A DNA stretch of 62,036 bases. Source: a virus (Duplodnaviria; Caudoviricetes). The position numbers were made by a program, and so were the translations under genes. Below the pieces are notes generated by a model, which did no database searches, had not been told where the DNA came from, and saw nothing but the letters and a program-made list of their open reading frames with translations. Positions 1-9,834 of this stretch are shown here, piece by piece. Location of the stretch: IMG/VR virus record IMGVR_UViG_3300042889_000724, positions 1-62,036 of that record; one strand, written 5' to 3'. Each line of letters begins with the position of its first letter. Within the stretch, counting starts at the first letter, position 1.

Positions 1-185
1 ATCCTTTGCTTATATTTAAGACGACCTTCGAGGTATTCCTCGAAAGATTTATAAGTGGGAACACCGTTCGCTTCCAACTCAAAATTAATTTCAGCAAAAT
101 TTTGCTGTTCATACTGCCACCCGTTCCACGAAATGCCGAGCAGTTCTAGCAATTCTTCTTCGCGCTGGGTAATATCAATAACCAT
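1..185 (-). CDS. Hypothetical protein, truncated by window edge (MVIDITQREEELLELLGISWNGW...)
   Basis: Not in ORF track. ATG at 185-183 with GGAGG RBS (191-195) and an upstream sigma70-like promoter; frame stays open to the window start. Confidence 0.7.
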   Translation of the reverse strand, partial: MVIDITQREEELLELLGISWNGWQYEQQNFAEINFELEANGVPTYKSFEEYLEGRLKYKQR

Positions 186-207
186 CAAAACCTCCATAAT
201 ATTATTC

Positions 208-236
208 ACTATACCCTGTTTATGGGAAAATGTCAA
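208..236 (-). promoter_or_regulatory. Sigma70-type (early) promoter, leftward
   Basis: TTGACA-17 nt-TATAGT on the minus strand. Confidence 0.7.
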
Positions 237-260
237 GCCCCTTTTTAATTTTATTTTCCC

Positions 261-289
261 TTGACATTTCCATCGTAATAGGGTATAAG
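261..289 (+). promoter_or_regulatory. Sigma70-type (early) promoter, rightward, upstream of the rSAM operon
   Basis: TTGACA-17 nt-TATAAG. Confidence 0.75.
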
Positions 290-318
290 AGTATGTTGAG
301 TTTGAAAAGGATTTTGTT

Positions 319-720
319 ATGTCTATGCAACTTATGTCACATGCGTTCACTACCACTAGTACCAAGAAGCGCAAGACTTCTAACAAGGGTGTCGCTGCAC
401 GGTATTCCCAGGATTGGGTTGAATATAACAAGCAGATGAAGCGCATCGGTTCTACAACTAAGACTTTCGATGAGTATGTTCAATATCGGCAAGGTAATTA
501 TAAACCCAAGTTGCGTGGCACACCTCTACCTAAATATGAAGTCAGCGACCATCGTCAAAAGTATCCTTCTGGTGATGGTATCGGTGTAAACTATTCTCGT
601 AAAGAACAGATCTACACAGGCACGCTTATCAAGGGTATCAGCGTTCTACATAAGAGCAATGCTGTTCCTGTTATCAATAATGAACAGATTCTGGAAATAG
701 CAAAGATGCGCCGAAGTTGA
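319..720 (+). CDS. Conserved hypothetical T4-like phage protein
   Basis: 133-aa basic ORF; C-terminal YTGTLIKGISVLHKSNAVP resembles a motif recurrent in T4-like phage hypotheticals; RBS-like AAGGGA upstream. Confidence 0.7.
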   Translation: MSMQLMSHAFTTTSTKKRKTSNKGVAARYSQDWVEYNKQMKRIGSTTKTFDEYVQYRQGNYKPKLRGTPLPKYEVSDHRQKYPSGDGIGVNYSRKEQIYTGTLIKGISVLHKSNAVPVINNEQILEIAKMRRS

Positions 721-2033
721 ATGTAAAAGAAAAGTTGGATTCGGTTGGGCATGGATTCTGCCCACAGAAGTGGAGATGGTTAGCACTATATCTTCACTCT
801 GGGCATAAACACAGTTGTCATCATCCACCACCGATGCATATTGCTCTAGAAGAAATCGCTAAAGATCCCGCAGCATTACATAATACCTCACATGAGAAGC
901 AGCAACGCAAGACCATGTTGGAAGGTGGCAGACCAGATGAGTGCTCTTACTGTTGGAGTATCGAAGACATCAATGAAGTCAGCGATCGCGTTGTGAAAAA
1001 TACTGTTGCACCGAATACTCTATTAGATCTTGATGAAGAAATACAAATTTTAAGAAATACACCATGGGGTGAAAATGTAAACCCATATAACATGGAAGTT
1101 AGTTTCAGTAATGCATGTAATTTCAAGTGTGGTTACTGTTGTCCATCATTTTCTTCTCTCTGGGAAGATGAAATAAAACAACATGGTAATTATGATTTAC
1201 AATATAATCAGTATGGGTTGTCTGATAAGATCTATTCCGAGAAAGAATATAATCCATATGTTGAGGCATTTTGGAAATGGTGGCCAAATTTAAAAAATGA
1301 TTTAAAGGTTTTCCGCATTACTGGGGGGGAACCTTTAATGACTGCCAACACGTTCAAATTGCTCGATATGTTGAAGGAAGATGGCAACCCAGAGTTATTA
1401 CTTCAGATCAATACTAATCTAGGGGTAACGAATCGTAAAGTTTTAGATTTTTGCTCGCGAGCGCGAGAATTGATTAAAAAGAAACACGTCAAGAATATTA
1501 GAGTGTTTACGAGTATAGAATGCACAGGTAAGCAAGCAGAATACATTCGACGCGGACTCAACTATGAATTGTTTCTACAAAATATTAATACTGTATTAGA
1601 AACAGTTCCAACTGCATACGTAAGTTTTATGACAACGTATAATGTCTTAACTGTTCCATATTTCAAAGATTTCTTAAAGTTGGTTGTAGAACTTCGTGCG
1701 AAATGGGGCGAACGAATTCTAATTGATATTCAGCATCTTAAAGAACCGCCACACTGGACAATGAATATACTACCGAAAGAATTTGGTAGATATATAGACA
1801 GCGACGTCGAATACATGAAGCAAAATGGATTTCAAGAGTTCGAAATACAAAAGATGGTACGAGTTCGAGAGTATTTCTATAATGATACGCATAATATATC
1901 AGAGGAATACAGATTGAATGCCAGAAAAGATTTTGCCAAGTTCTTTCCGGAATATGACCGTAGAAGCAACAGTAATTTGGCAGACACGTTTCCCGAATTT
2001 ACAGAATTTTTAGAATGGTGTGAGGAATTATAA
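717..2033 (+). CDS. Radical SAM protein with N-terminal Twitch-like Cys domain (paralog 1)
   Basis: CNFKCGYC (CxxxCxxC), ITGGEP, NTN; N-terminal C..SCHHP..ECSYCW. Confidence 0.9.
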   Translation: MNVKEKLDSVGHGFCPQKWRWLALYLHSGHKHSCHHPPPMHIALEEIAKDPAALHNTSHEKQQRKTMLEGGRPDECSYCWSIEDINEVSDRVVKNTVAPNTLLDLDEEIQILRNTPWGENVNPYNMEVSFSNACNFKCGYCCPSFSSLWEDEIKQHGNYDLQYNQYGLSDKIYSEKEYNPYVEAFWKWWPNLKNDLKVFRITGGEPLMTANTFKLLDMLKEDGNPELLLQINTNLGVTNRKVLDFCSRARELIKKKHVKNIRVFTSIECTGKQAEYIRRGLNYELFLQNINTVLETVPTAYVSFMTTYNVLTVPYFKDFLKLVVELRAKWGERILIDIQHLKEPPHWTMNILPKEFGRYIDSDVEYMKQNGFQEFEIQKMVRVREYFYNDTHNISEEYRLNARKDFAKFFPEYDRRSNSNLADTFPEFTEFLEWCEEL

Positions 2034-2035
2034 AC

Positions 2036-2620
2036 ATGGTTAATTTTGATGTTGTAATGCTTTGGATGCAATATATTCGCAATAATCCAGATAATGCATA
2101 CAGATTCTCTGAGAATTTTTGGCCGAGTCAGATCGAGAGTAAGAAGTGGTTACTCGAACATGTAACTCACATGGATAGATCGATCATAATTTTCGGTGGA
2201 TGGTATGGAGTTCTTGCGCAGTTTATTGCACATAAATTTCCAGATGCCCGAATTCTAACCACAGATTTAGATTCTAGTTGTAGGCATGTATTCGCTGCTA
2301 TCGACGAATGTTATCACGATATTGTCTTTCGTCAACATGACATGAAAAATGGTATGCCAATCAACATACATCCCGATCTGGTGATCAATACCAGCAGCGA
2401 GCATGTTACGCAAGAAGTTTACGATGCTTGGTGGGACTCTATTCCTAGCGGGACTAAATATATCGTTCAAGGAAATAATCTAGAAAATCATGAGCATGTT
2501 CGTCTTGCTAATAGTCTAGAGGAATTCTTAAACATCAACAATATTAAAGAACCAGAATACGCTGGTATGTTGAAGTGTGGACATTTCTATAGATACATGG
2601 CAGTGGGTTATAAAAAATGA
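2036..2620 (+). CDS. Class I SAM-dependent methyltransferase-like protein
   Basis: Motif I-like IIIFGGWYG, acidic TTDLD, DLVINTSSEH. Confidence 0.7.
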   Translation: MVNFDVVMLWMQYIRNNPDNAYRFSENFWPSQIESKKWLLEHVTHMDRSIIIFGGWYGVLAQFIAHKFPDARILTTDLDSSCRHVFAAIDECYHDIVFRQHDMKNGMPINIHPDLVINTSSEHVTQEVYDAWWDSIPSGTKYIVQGNNLENHEHVRLANSLEEFLNINNIKEPEYAGMLKCGHFYRYMAVGYKK

Positions 2621-4041
2621 GTGATGGTGCGCACGAGGAACATAATCTGGATGTCCATTCAGTAGATTCATATTGGAATTTTCTGAAAGAGAAACGTGAA
2701 GTAATTAATAATGTAAGTCCTACCTTCTGCGCTGCAAAGTGGAAACAATCCACAATTCTTCTGTATAATGGTGAAACACATAGTTGTCACCATCCTTCTC
2801 GCCATAAAATTACGTTAGAAGATATTAAAGACAATCCAAGAGGTATTCACAATACTGCTGTTAAAAAGGCAGCACGTATTGACATGCTCAATGGTATACA
2901 AACCAAAGAATGTGACTATTGTTGGAAAATTGAAAATCTCGACAAAGATTGGATGAGTGATCGGATATACAAATCCACGTATTCATGGGCGCTCCCGCAC
3001 ATTGATGAAATTGTAAAATCTGGTGATGGGGCAGATATTGATCCTTCGTATTTAGAAGTTGCATTCGAATCTACATGCAATTTTAAATGTGTATACTGCA
3101 GTCCAGAAAGTTCCTCAAGGTGGCAGGAAGAAATTGAAACGCACGGTCCAATTGAATTAGAAGATTTCAAATTGCACGATCTTGGATGGTTGAAAGAAGT
3201 CGGTAAATTGCCGATTCACAGGAAAGATGAAAATCCATACATCGATGCATTCTGGGAATGGTGGCCAGAATTATATCCAAATTTGCATACATTTAGAATC
3301 ACTGGTGGTGAACCTTTACTCAGTAAGCACACATGGAGAGTTCTTGATTATATTGCAGAGAATCCGAACCCAAATTTGACACTTGCAATCAACACCAATC
3401 TCAATGTTCCTGATAAATTGGTTGAGAAACTCGTGGAGTATATTAATAGAATCTCTTGTAATATTAAATTGTTTGATGTTTATACATCCCTCGAGAGCAC
3501 AGGTAAACATGCTGAGTACTCCAGATTTGGTATGCAATTTGATGAGTTTAAGAAAAACTGTGAATATGTATTAGATAATACGCCAAATACCACAAGACTA
3601 CATTATATGACAACTATAAACCTAACAAGCGCTCCAACTCTTCTAGAATATTTACAATATATCAGAGAAATGCGTTTACGGTATTATAGTAAGATTCATG
3701 AATTCAGAGTAAGAACTCATCTTTCATATCTTCGCTGGCCTAGAATGTTATGTTTGACATTGTTATCTCCGGAAGATAAACAAAAGTTTGGGGATATGTG
3801 GATAGAATATGTTGAAGAACATAAATTAACATCAAAAAAATCTCTCCAAGAAACCTTTTATTTGGAAGAAGTCGATCAAGTAAGAAGATTGGTCGATTAC
3901 ATGAGATCAACTAAAGAACCAGAATCACTATACAGAGACTTCAGAAACTATACTCGCAGTTTGGACAAACGCAGAAAAACATCATTCGTTGACACTTTTC
4001 CAGAACTTGCGTATTTAATGGATGACGACTATTATGGATGA
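2617..4041 (+). CDS. Radical SAM protein with N-terminal Twitch-like domain (paralog 2)
   Basis: CNFKCVYC, ITGGEP, NTN; FCAAKW..SCHHP..ECDYCW. Confidence 0.9.
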   Translation: MSDGAHEEHNLDVHSVDSYWNFLKEKREVINNVSPTFCAAKWKQSTILLYNGETHSCHHPSRHKITLEDIKDNPRGIHNTAVKKAARIDMLNGIQTKECDYCWKIENLDKDWMSDRIYKSTYSWALPHIDEIVKSGDGADIDPSYLEVAFESTCNFKCVYCSPESSSRWQEEIETHGPIELEDFKLHDLGWLKEVGKLPIHRKDENPYIDAFWEWWPELYPNLHTFRITGGEPLLSKHTWRVLDYIAENPNPNLTLAINTNLNVPDKLVEKLVEYINRISCNIKLFDVYTSLESTGKHAEYSRFGMQFDEFKKNCEYVLDNTPNTTRLHYMTTINLTSAPTLLEYLQYIREMRLRYYSKIHEFRVRTHLSYLRWPRMLCLTLLSPEDKQKFGDMWIEYVEEHKLTSKKSLQETFYLEEVDQVRRLVDYMRSTKEPESLYRDFRNYTRSLDKRRKTSFVDTFPELAYLMDDDYYG

Positions 4042-5359
4042 TAGATTACTTCAATTTAGAGATGGTATATTAAATTCTAAATCTGCATCGTTTTGTGGTG
4101 CGAAATGGGGAAATAGTACTCTGTGGTTGGGTAGCGGAGAAACCAGCAGTTGTCATCTTCCTCCTGTTCATAAAATAGATCCAGAGCAAATTTTATTAGA
4201 TCCAGCAAAACTGCATAATACTGATCATAAAATAAAAATGCGACAACTGATGAAGGATGGACATAAACCATCTGAGTGTGATTACTGCTGGAAGATTGAA
4301 AGTATGGGAACTGATTATATTTCAGATCGTGTCTTTAAATCTCTACAGTTTACACCAGAAGAAATGCAAAAATGGTTTGATAAACCAGCAGATGCTCGTA
4401 TTATTCCACCCACATTAGAAGTTATGTTTGATAGAACCTGTAATTTTGCATGCAGTTATTGTAATGCAAATTTCAGCACAACATGGGAAAGAGACATAAA
4501 GAAATACGGTAACTATGATCTCGAGACTTCTGGTGGAGGTGCATTTAAACATGATGGTACGGTAAATAATTGTTATGAGAAAACAGAAAATCCATATATC
4601 AAAGCATTTTGGGAATGGTGGCCAGAACTTAGTAAAGAACTTCGCACGCTAAGAGTTACTGGTGGTGAACCATTAATGAGCACAGATGTTTGGAAATTGA
4701 TTGACTTGTTTGCAGAAGAGAAATATCTGTTTGAATTGGGAATCAATACCAATCTTGGTGCAAAAAAATCTATCATAGATAGACTGATAGAGAGATCGCA
4801 CGACATTAACAATCTTACTCTCTTCACAAGCATGGAAACTACAGGTGCGCAAGCAGAGTATATTCGCGATGGATTGGATTATGAATCGTGGTGCGATAAC
4901 GTTGAGCGTATTCTTGGTGAATCTAATGTGAAGCGCATTGTTGTTATGATGACGATTAATGCAATGTGTTTGTTTAATATTACCGATTTTATGGATCAAG
5001 TTATGATTTGGAAACAGAAATATCGAAATCTTATCAGTATGAGTATTAATTTCCTACGGTTTCCTGCATTTCAAAGTTTAACAGTTTTACCTGATACTCT
5101 AAGAGAAAAATCGCATCAACAACTTTCTGATTGGTATCAAGTTAATCGTGATGATCCAAATCTTATGTTCACAGAGAAAAGTGATATTGAAAGATTAATT
5201 TCTTATGTCGATGTTATTGAAACACCACATTCATATGACACAGATCTAGAAAAAAATCGAAGCGATTTCAAAAAGTTCTATACTCAATATAGTTCTCGCA
5301 GAAATAAACCAATTGATGTATTCCCAGAGGAGTTTTTGCAGTGGTTCAACACTCTCTAA
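4022..5359 (+). CDS. Radical SAM protein with N-terminal Twitch-like domain (paralog 3); start may be 4034
   Basis: CNFACSYC, VTGGEP; FCGAKW..SCHLP..ECDYCW. Confidence 0.9.
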   Translation: MTTIMDDRLLQFRDGILNSKSASFCGAKWGNSTLWLGSGETSSCHLPPVHKIDPEQILLDPAKLHNTDHKIKMRQLMKDGHKPSECDYCWKIESMGTDYISDRVFKSLQFTPEEMQKWFDKPADARIIPPTLEVMFDRTCNFACSYCNANFSTTWERDIKKYGNYDLETSGGGAFKHDGTVNNCYEKTENPYIKAFWEWWPELSKELRTLRVTGGEPLMSTDVWKLIDLFAEEKYLFELGINTNLGAKKSIIDRLIERSHDINNLTLFTSMETTGAQAEYIRDGLDYESWCDNVERILGESNVKRIVVMMTINAMCLFNITDFMDQVMIWKQKYRNLISMSINFLRFPAFQSLTVLPDTLREKSHQQLSDWYQVNRDDPNLMFTEKSDIERLISYVDVIETPHSYDTDLEKNRSDFKKFYTQYSSRRNKPIDVFPEEFLQWFNTL

Positions 5360-6534
5360 GAAACGATGGGTATTGCACCCTGCCATTCAATCACATGAAT
5401 CTTCATCCTAATGGAAATGTTTCTATTTGCTGCGTTTCTAAGATGAGCGGACCAGATAGTGGTTTCGCTAAAGATAAAAACGGGAAATTACTCAATCTAA
5501 AAACGAATACGCTCGACGAAATTTTTAATAGTTATTCTACGAACAAAGTTCGAGATGAAATGTTAACACACCAGTATCCTTCTGCGTGCGAGGGTTGTTA
5601 TAAGATTGAGCAACATGGAGGAAAGTCTCGTCGAATAACGGAGAATAACCGTTGGGAAAATGTTGAGAAACCTCAATTGGAGTTTCTAGATATTCGCTTG
5701 AGCAATCTTTGTAACTTAAAGTGTTTGATGTGTTATCCAGATTCTAGTTCTTCTCTTGTATCTGATTATAAAGAATGGTCGGATCAACTTCCATTCGTAC
5801 CAAAAAACAATACTGATTACGATTTATTTCAGTGGTTTGATGAAAGTATAATCGACCAACTCTATGCACACAAAGATTCATTAAAATATCTTTATATTAA
5901 TGGCGGTGAACCTTTTATTATGCCAATGCAATGGAAATTGCTTGAAAAATTGATAGAATGGGATGTCGCTAAAAACATACACATTAGTTACAATACTAAT
6001 TGCACGACGTATTCGGATTCTTTCAGCGATTACTGGAAACATTTTAAAGTTGTTACTCTCGGATGTAGTATGGATGCAGTCGGGGATAAGAATAAGTTTA
6101 TTCGTTATCCAAATGATTGGGATCGGTCGAACGAAAATATTAAAAAACTATTAGAAAATCCCTACATCGCTGCTTTAAACATTACATGTAGTATTCAGTG
6201 GTTGAATGCACCATTTCTTCCGGAGTTTTATGAGTGGGCAGTTCCTTTGACCAAATTGAAACCGCACACAACAATCAACCAAAACTTTATTGTTTTTCCT
6301 GATTATCTTTCATTGAATTGCGCTTCTAAAAATTTCAAGAAAGAATTAACCCAACTCTATGAAGAATCACCATACTCTAATTGGATTCTGACAGAAACAA
6401 TGAAATCATACCTTCGTGTTGAATCGCAAAACGATTTGCATTGGCAACAAGGCAATAAATACTTAGACGTTGTTCAACTAAGTAGAAAAATGGGTCCGTG
6501 GAAAGATATATTCAATTATGACTATCAATACTGA
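5341..6534 (+). CDS. Radical SAM protein with N-terminal Twitch-like domain (paralog 4)
   Basis: CNLKCLMC, INGGEP; YCTLPF..ICC..CEGCY. Confidence 0.9.
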   Translation: MVQHSLRNDGYCTLPFNHMNLHPNGNVSICCVSKMSGPDSGFAKDKNGKLLNLKTNTLDEIFNSYSTNKVRDEMLTHQYPSACEGCYKIEQHGGKSRRITENNRWENVEKPQLEFLDIRLSNLCNLKCLMCYPDSSSSLVSDYKEWSDQLPFVPKNNTDYDLFQWFDESIIDQLYAHKDSLKYLYINGGEPFIMPMQWKLLEKLIEWDVAKNIHISYNTNCTTYSDSFSDYWKHFKVVTLGCSMDAVGDKNKFIRYPNDWDRSNENIKKLLENPYIAALNITCSIQWLNAPFLPEFYEWAVPLTKLKPHTTINQNFIVFPDYLSLNCASKNFKKELTQLYEESPYSNWILTETMKSYLRVESQNDLHWQQGNKYLDVVQLSRKMGPWKDIFNYDYQY

Positions 6535-7810
6535 AAATAATAAAAGTATCTGTAGATATCCATGGGTCCATAGTTATATCGGATCACAGTACGAACGAAA
6601 AATCTGCTGTATATCTGATGACATCCATTCTGAAGAAAAAACAGAAACTAAGGATTTCTGGAATTCTTCAGTGATGAAAGATGTTCGAAAGAAGATGGTA
6701 GCAGGAGAAAAGATTGATGCATGTTCTGTGTGCTATAAGAACGAAGAGCAGAATATCCAATCTTTGCGACAACAGAGTTGGAACGAGCATCAGATCGAAG
6801 AAGAAGAATTAATCGCTGATGTCATAAGTAAAACCGACGAAAATGGTTCTGTGTCAGAACTTCCTACATATTTTGACTATCGAACCATTCATTGTAATTT
6901 ACAGTGTATAAGTTGTGGGTTTTTCTATAGTTCTAAACACAATTCTCTGTTCAGAGAAATGTGGGGTCATGCGCCAAAAATGTATCTGTCTGGTAAAGAA
7001 TTTGTGATAGATTATAATTTCGAAGATTCTATGGCACAAGAAATTATTGATTGTTTGGACCAGCGGAGATTGACTAAGATATATTGGGCTGGTGGCGAAC
7101 CGATGATGTCCCATGTGCATTGGAAAGTAGTAGACAAACTACTAGAGATTCAAACTGTAGATCCTGCGTATCTAGACAAAATCTTTATTCACTATAATAC
7201 CAATCTAACTCGTCTTCAATGGAAAGGAAAGATTATTCCCGAACTGTTGGAGTTTTATCAACCAAGTATACAGGCAAGTCTAGATGGGACGCATGAAACT
7301 TTTGAATTTTGCCGAGATGGGGCGTCATGGGAAACAGTTTCTAATAATTGGAAAGAATATCATTCTAGACTAAACAAGAGAAACCAATTCGGTCTTTCAA
7401 GCATTATGTCTGCTCCAGTTCTTATGGATATAGATAGATGGTTTGAATTTTATGAACCGTATGATCCGGAACTGCATTCTCACAAATTATTTGGTAATAT
7501 TACTTCTGATGCTTATCAGGGATTCTTGGATATTCGATTATATCCCCAACAAATTTTCGATAGAATTGTTGATCACGCTATTAAAAGATTTGAAGAGTGT
7601 TCTTTGAGAGGAAAAGAAAGAACGATTGCAATATTAAAATCTTATAAATTAGATAAAAGCAATAACCCAATTTATTCAGATCTAGAAATGTTAAAAATGA
7701 TGAAAGAAAATTGGGAATATCGAGAAAAGTTTCTGCTGGGAAAACACACCTTTGAAAGTCTAACTGCAATTATAGACCCAGAGGTGAGGGATTGGTATTT
7801 GTCAATATGA
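6518..7810 (+). CDS. Radical SAM protein with N-terminal Twitch-like domain (paralog 5)
   Basis: CNLQCISC, WAGGEP; ICRYPW..ICC..CSVCY. Confidence 0.9.
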   Translation: MTINTENNKSICRYPWVHSYIGSQYERKICCISDDIHSEEKTETKDFWNSSVMKDVRKKMVAGEKIDACSVCYKNEEQNIQSLRQQSWNEHQIEEEELIADVISKTDENGSVSELPTYFDYRTIHCNLQCISCGFFYSSKHNSLFREMWGHAPKMYLSGKEFVIDYNFEDSMAQEIIDCLDQRRLTKIYWAGGEPMMSHVHWKVVDKLLEIQTVDPAYLDKIFIHYNTNLTRLQWKGKIIPELLEFYQPSIQASLDGTHETFEFCRDGASWETVSNNWKEYHSRLNKRNQFGLSSIMSAPVLMDIDRWFEFYEPYDPELHSHKLFGNITSDAYQGFLDIRLYPQQIFDRIVDHAIKRFEECSLRGKERTIAILKSYKLDKSNNPIYSDLEMLKMMKENWEYREKFLLGKHTFESLTAIIDPEVRDWYLSI

Positions 7811-8952
7811 GCGAAACTAAAATTTATTGTCCGTCTATGTGGAAATCGGTGCATGTTGATACCGATGGTTACCTAACACCATGCTGTCTTTTTATCCATA
7901 GAGAAGATAAAAAAAGTAAACTTGTAGATATAGAACATGCGGAGAGTATTCTACAAGAAGAATTTCAGGAATATCGCGACCAATTATCGCAAGGTATTTG
8001 GCCGAGTGGTTGCAACCAGTGTAAATTTGCAGAAGACGAGGGGCGAGACAGTAAACGAACACAAGATATGTGGATGTTACATAATGGAACAATGCAAACG
8101 CCACCTGAAGAAGTTTCTCTTGAATATCTACAGTTAAAAACTGGAAGATTATGTAATCTCCGTTGCACCATATGCACTCCTGCGTGCTCAACTGCAATTT
8201 CGACCGAACTGTTACGCATAGGAAAATTGGACAGAGAAACATATGATCGTCTTAATGAAGAGATTGCTTGGTCTTATGATTTAGAACAATATAAGAAATT
8301 GAATCCTGGTGAAAGTGGATATTTCAGAATTGATATTGCGGGCGGCGAACCTCTACTAAACAAGACACACTTTGAGTGGTTGGACCAATTACCAAATCCA
8401 GAAAAAACAATATTATTATATAATACGAATGGAACACAAAGACCAAGTAGAAAAGAGATTGATATTTGGAAAAAATTCAGAGGTATTGTTTTATCTTTCA
8501 GTATAGATTCTTACGGCGATAAGTTTGAGAAACTAAGAGTAGGTGCTAAGTGGGATCAAGTTTTGGATAACTTGAAATACTGCCAAGAAGAAATTATAGC
8601 AAAGGAATTCGATTTACACACATCAAATGTTTCTATTGTTATGACAGTAAGTAAAATGAACGTCAGAGACTCGATTACTCTTTACAAGATATTGAATCAA
8701 TATGTGCGGTTTACTAATTCAAATCCGTTAAATTTTAACTACTTGTATTATCCTGACCACATGGCATGCCACAACATGACGCGAGAGGAACTGCAGGAAG
8801 TAATTGCATTGTATGATGCTGAAATACCTTCTTTACCCGAAGAAGGCAAAATGCGGAAACAGTGTATGGATTTACGAAATAGTCTTTTTTCATTTTTGGA
8901 TGGAAAGGAAGTTGAAAATCTACGACCAATGCCGAGCGATCATAGAAAATGA
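7792..8952 (+). CDS. Radical SAM protein with N-terminal Twitch-like domain (paralog 6); start probably 7807
   Basis: CNLRCTIC, IAGGEP, TNG; YCPSMW..PCC..CNQC. Confidence 0.9.
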   Translation: MVFVNMSETKIYCPSMWKSVHVDTDGYLTPCCLFIHREDKKSKLVDIEHAESILQEEFQEYRDQLSQGIWPSGCNQCKFAEDEGRDSKRTQDMWMLHNGTMQTPPEEVSLEYLQLKTGRLCNLRCTICTPACSTAISTELLRIGKLDRETYDRLNEEIAWSYDLEQYKKLNPGESGYFRIDIAGGEPLLNKTHFEWLDQLPNPEKTILLYNTNGTQRPSRKEIDIWKKFRGIVLSFSIDSYGDKFEKLRVGAKWDQVLDNLKYCQEEIIAKEFDLHTSNVSIVMTVSKMNVRDSITLYKILNQYVRFTNSNPLNFNYLYYPDHMACHNMTREELQEVIALYDAEIPSLPEEGKMRKQCMDLRNSLFSFLDGKEVENLRPMPSDHRK

Positions 8953-9752
8953 ACCTTGACGGAAAAAAAAGATTAGTTTCGTTTGGGTGTTCTTTTACGT
9001 CTGGTCACGAAATTATTGATCATGAATTATTAAACATTACATTTGATGAATGTAATTCTATCAAGAAAAAAATTGGTTCTATAACCAAGTTCGACAAATA
9101 CTTAGAAAAAACGACTGGTGCATCTACTCTTGAACTTTCTGAGATATCATCTAACCGAGCATATGCGGGTAAATTGGCATATAAATTGAATTTGAGTTAT
9201 AAGTCGTATGCATGGCATGGACATGCTTTAGAACATTCTGTTCTGTTATTTCTGCAGGCGTTATACAAGGGAGAATTAAATCCTGATACGGATTTACTAT
9301 TTTTCGGAATAACAACACCACAAAGGTATTTGCATTTTGGTCCCGATGGACGGCCTTTAACAAGAGTTATACGAACTGATTTTACTGAAATTGATGTTTA
9401 CTATAATTCATATAAAATAATGCAAACATATGGATTTGCTTTAAATCAAATTATTGGAATCTGTAAAGAAGCAAATTTTGATTTCGTAATACAACCAGTT
9501 GTTATTACGAAACTGTTAAGATATATGGGTGGAGTGGATAACTATTATTGTGACATGATAGAGTGTTGGGAATTTATGCCGTTATTCGAGAAAATATTAG
9601 AAAAATCTTTAGAATATTCTATAGACGCCAAGGTTCATCTACATCAATTTTATAATCCATCGGTACACAAAACATGTCAATATGCGCATCCGCCTGAAGA
9701 GGTTCATGAATTATTTGCGAGGGACTTATATGATAAAATTATTAGTAAGTAA
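8949..9752 (+). CDS. SGNH/GDSL hydrolase-like protein
   Basis: N-terminal FGCSFT (block I-like) and C-terminal HP..H (block V-like). Confidence 0.55.
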   Translation: MNLDGKKRLVSFGCSFTSGHEIIDHELLNITFDECNSIKKKIGSITKFDKYLEKTTGASTLELSEISSNRAYAGKLAYKLNLSYKSYAWHGHALEHSVLLFLQALYKGELNPDTDLLFFGITTPQRYLHFGPDGRPLTRVIRTDFTEIDVYYNSYKIMQTYGFALNQIIGICKEANFDFVIQPVVITKLLRYMGGVDNYYCDMIECWEFMPLFEKILEKSLEYSIDAKVHLHQFYNPSVHKTCQYAHPPEEVHELFARDLYDKIISK

Positions 9753-9834
9753 GATTAAACAATATTATCAAATTTATAAATTTAAGAAGAAAATGAAAAA
9801 ACTTAGAAAGTTAGATCCGTTCATTTATGATTGA
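9730..9834 (+). CDS. 34-aa basic peptide ending DPFIYD
   Basis: Not in ORF track. MIKLLVSKIKQYYQIYKFKKKMKKLRKLDPFIYD fills the gap and overlaps both neighbours. Confidence 0.6.
   Translation: MIKLLVSKIKQYYQIYKFKKKMKKLRKLDPFIYD

Noticed and set aside
717-8952. rSAM genes as QueE (7-deazaguanine), NrdG or MoaA pathway enzymes
   Set aside because: No partner genes (queC/queD/folE, nrdD, moa) are in the window, and the length and N-terminal Cys domain do not fit.
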